Assembly: GCA_041744215.1 (NCBI GenBank)
Contig: JBGTLG010000016.1
Location: 96,001 to 160,000 of the forward strand
Direction of reading: 5' to 3'
From: Fimbriimonadales bacterium
Lineage (GTDB): Bacteria > Armatimonadota > Fimbriimonadia > Fimbriimonadales > ATM1
DNA length: 64,000 nt
Each line of letters opens with the position of its first letter. Positions within the stretch are counted from its first letter, which is position 1. Positions 61,295 to 64,000 of the stretch are shown here, in pieces. The position numbers and the translations under genes are program-made. Under the pieces are notes generated by a model. It was not told the origin of the DNA. It made no database searches and worked only from the letters and a program-made list of their open reading frames with translations.

Positions 61295-63019
61295 ATGAAA
61301 CGAACAGGTCTTATCCTTGCCGTAATTGTAGGCATCCTCGCCTTCTCACTCTGGTATCTGCTTCGCGGAAACATGGCCTCTCGTGAAGATGTCATCTATC
61401 GGACAGACACCGTCAAAAGAGGAGAGGCAACTATGTCGTTCGTCGCCACGGGACTCTTGCAGCCATTGACCACGGTCGACGTGAAGAGCAAAGCTGGCGG
61501 CGAGATCGTAACTCTGTCTGTAGAAGAAGGCGACGTCGTCAAGCAAGGCGACCTCATTGCGATCATTGATCCGCGAGACTCTCGAGCGGCATTTGATCAG
61601 TCCGCTGCGGATTTGAACTCAAACCTTGCCCGCCTCGATCAAAGTCGCTACAACTTGGAAATGGAGAAGGTGACCCGTCGGACCTCGGTTGAAAATGCCG
61701 AAGCCGCGCTCGCTACCGCACGCTTGCGGTTGCAGACTCTGGAAGCGCGAGCAACCGCTCAGCCGCGACTTACTGAAGCCGCGATCACCCAGGCTCGCTC
61801 CAACTACGAAGCAGCTTCCAAGGCATTGGAAACGATGCGGAATGTCACAGCGCCACTTACGCGAGCCCAAGCTCAAGGCGAACTCGATCGATCGCGAGCA
61901 GAGATGGAAGCTGCGGAAGCGAACCTTCGGAGACAAGAGGAACTCTTGGGAATGGGCTACGTGAGCCGGGCTTCTTATGAGCAAGCGAGAACTCAACGGG
62001 AATCGGCGGCTGCGGGCTTTCGCAATGCGCAGGTTCGCGCAAACCGTGTCGAAGACGATCTAAGATTGCAGATCGAATCTTTGCAGGCTCGCGAACGACA
62101 GGCAAAGGCGTCGCTCGACCAAACAGAAGCAAGTCGGTTCGAAGTCGGGGTGAGCCAGCGCGACCTAGAAGAAGCTAAGCAAACGATCAAAACTGCGCAA
62201 GCGAATCTTGAAACGGCTAAAGCAAACCTGCGGCAGGTCGACGTACGGCAGACAGAAATTCGGGCGCAACAAGCTGCGATCCTCCGCAGCAGAATTTCTC
62301 GTGACAATGCGCAAGTTCAGTTAGACAGCACGACTGTCGTGTCACCGAGAGACGGAGTCGTGACCGTGAAGTATCTTGAACAAGGAACCATCGTTCCTCC
62401 CGGGCTTAGCACATTCGCACAAGGTACAAGCATCGTCCAAATAGCTGATGTCTCGCGCATGTACGTCGAAGTGAATGTAGACGAAGCTGATGTTGCCAAA
62501 GTAAAGTTGGATCAGAACGTGCGTGTGACATTGGAGTCCGCACGCCGCACTCCCTTGAAGGGCAGAGTCTCACGAATCAACCCCGCTGCTGTGACCGCAA
62601 GCGGAGTGACGCAAGTCAAGGTGCGGGTCGAGATCGAACCTTCGGATGAAGTCAAGCTTATGCCGGGGCTCAACGCGAGCTGCGAGTTTGTTCTCACCGA
62701 GCGAACAAATGTGCTCACCGTGCCTTCTCAAGCGGTCATCCGAGAAGATGGTAAAGCATATGTGGAGGTGATGGTTGCCAAGAACAAGCCGCAAAGACGT
62801 GAGGTGAAGACCGGCGTACAAGGAAATGCGGTCGTGGAAATCCTTGAGGGATTGAATGAAGGCGACGAGATCGTCGTTAGCAAGATCGACATGAGGCAGG
62901 TTGAGGAGCAGCAGCGCCGCATGGACGAAGCCGCCCAACAGAGAAACCCATTCAGCGGGCCCGGCACAAGCAGTCCCGGCCAGCGAACAGGTGCTGGCGG
63001 AGGTGCAGGCGGTCGATGA
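61295..63019 (+). CDS. MacA-like efflux periplasmic adaptor (membrane fusion protein) with long coiled coil
   Basis: N-terminal TM, VEEGDVVKQGDLIA lipoyl half, SPRDGVV, VDEADV, LMPG, GLNEGDEIV. Confidence 0.9.
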   Translation: MKRTGLILAVIVGILAFSLWYLLRGNMASREDVIYRTDTVKRGEATMSFVATGLLQPLTTVDVKSKAGGEIVTLSVEEGDVVKQGDLIAIIDPRDSRAAFDQSAADLNSNLARLDQSRYNLEMEKVTRRTSVENAEAALATARLRLQTLEARATAQPRLTEAAITQARSNYEAASKALETMRNVTAPLTRAQAQGELDRSRAEMEAAEANLRRQEELLGMGYVSRASYEQARTQRESAAAGFRNAQVRANRVEDDLRLQIESLQARERQAKASLDQTEASRFEVGVSQRDLEEAKQTIKTAQANLETAKANLRQVDVRQTEIRAQQAAILRSRISRDNAQVQLDSTTVVSPRDGVVTVKYLEQGTIVPPGLSTFAQGTSIVQIADVSRMYVEVNVDEADVAKVKLDQNVRVTLESARRTPLKGRVSRINPAAVTASGVTQVKVRVEIEPSDEVKLMPGLNASCEFVLTERTNVLTVPSQAVIREDGKAYVEVMVAKNKPQRREVKTGVQGNAVVEILEGLNEGDEIVVSKIDMRQVEEQQRRMDEAAQQRNPFSGPGTSSPGQRTGAGGGAGGR

Positions 63020-64000
63020 CAATCCGAGACAGCGTTGCTTCAGCACTTGCGGCGATCACGGCAAACAAGCTAAGGTCATCGCTGACGACCCTTGGAGTTA
63101 TGATCGGTGTTGCTTCGGTCATTGCCATGATCGGAATCGCTGAGGGTACCAAGAAGCAGTCGCTCGAACGGCTGGAAGCGCTCGGAAGCAATCTCATCGT
63201 GGTCTTCCCTAATTGGGGGATGGGCGGTCGTAACACAGGGGCCCCAGATGAAGCGCAAACGCTCAAGCTTGACGACGTTGAAATGATTCGTCGCGCCGTC
63301 CCGACAGCGAGTCATGTCAGCGGCGAAGTTCGAACGCGAGTTCAAGTTAAGTACGGAAACAAAAACGAGCGCTCGCAGGTTACCGGTGGTTTGCCCGAAC
63401 TGCAGGAGATCCGAAACATCAAGTTGCAGGATGGACGATTCTTTACCGACGAAGAAAATGGAAACTCTGACCGAGTCGCTATTCTTGGCTTCGATATCTA
63501 CGACAGATTGTACGAAGGCGGGTCAGCAGTTGGGACTCGCATTCGAATCAACAATCAAGACTTTGAAGTAATCGGAGTTGCGATGTTCAAAGGTGGCACA
63601 GGCCAGGGGCCAATGAACCCTGACGACATGATCTACGTGCCAATCAAAACAGCTCTCGACCGACTGCAGAGAAGGCAAAGCTTGAGTTCGATCGCGGTGC
63701 GCGCTGCAGATAGTTCGATGATGCAGTTCACTCTCGATGAAGTGCAATCGACTCTTTCGACCGTGCGCCGAAGCGCGAGCGGCGAGGCATTGTTTCGCGC
63801 GTTCAACCAGGGTGAGTTGATTGAAACCGCTGAGGAACAATCCAGGATCCTAAGTCTACTGCTCGCCGGGGTTGCGAGCGTATCGCTGTTAGTCGGCGGC
63901 ATCGGCATTATGAACATTATGCTGGTAAGCGTGACGGAGCGAACTAAGGAAATCGGATTACGTAAGGCAATAGGCGCGACACAGGACGCCATCCTGAGTC
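63016..64000 (+). CDS. MacB/FtsX-type ABC permease (runs off window)
   Basis: Manual translation MTIRDSVASALAAITANKLRSSLTTLGVMIGVASVI...SLLVGGIGIMNIMLVSVTERTKEIGLRKAIGA. Confidence 0.92.
   Translation, partial: MTIRDSVASALAAITANKLRSSLTTLGVMIGVASVIAMIGIAEGTKKQSLERLEALGSNLIVVFPNWGMGGRNTGAPDEAQTLKLDDVEMIRRAVPTASHVSGEVRTRVQVKYGNKNERSQVTGGLPELQEIRNIKLQDGRFFTDEENGNSDRVAILGFDIYDRLYEGGSAVGTRIRINNQDFEVIGVAMFKGGTGQGPMNPDDMIYVPIKTALDRLQRRQSLSSIAVRAADSSMMQFTLDEVQSTLSTVRRSASGEALFRAFNQGELIETAEEQSRILSLLLAGVASVSLLVGGIGIMNIMLVSVTERTKEIGLRKAIGATQDAILS

Overview
Gene-dense chromosomal window (about 66 CDS) with no tRNA, rRNA, CRISPR array, prophage or IS element that I can see. The gene content (PEP-CTERM protein, RemA/DUF370, SpoIID, sigma54, flagellin, LolA-like and DUF1573 proteins, CIRCE-controlled groESL) suggests a diderm Terrabacteria member such as Armatimonadota/Fimbriimonadia; this is inference. 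Core genes: remA-mreBCD-gdh-rpsR, purH, nitrilase+nadE, glyS, groESL, hutU/hutI/hutH (dispersed), deoB, rpoN, prfA, clpB, an LDH-like MDH, a nucleoside-type ABC transporter and a MacAB-type exporter. The most unusual items are: (1) a two-gene module of a pseudo-matrixin/DUF1573 protein and a degenerate 5'-nucleotidase-tetraheme cytochrome c fusion, both with CxC motifs; (2) a histone-H1-like K/R/A/T repeat protein with a partner ORF that an A_AAA_AAG -1 frameshift could fuse to it, preceded by a 710-bp AT-rich non-coding region; (3) a LolA-like/cytochrome c fusion; (4) a sigma54-type promoter before a PEP-CTERM gene, followed by a 6x21-bp array; (5) widespread leaderless-type gene starts. All family calls come from motif recognition by eye, not database searches.
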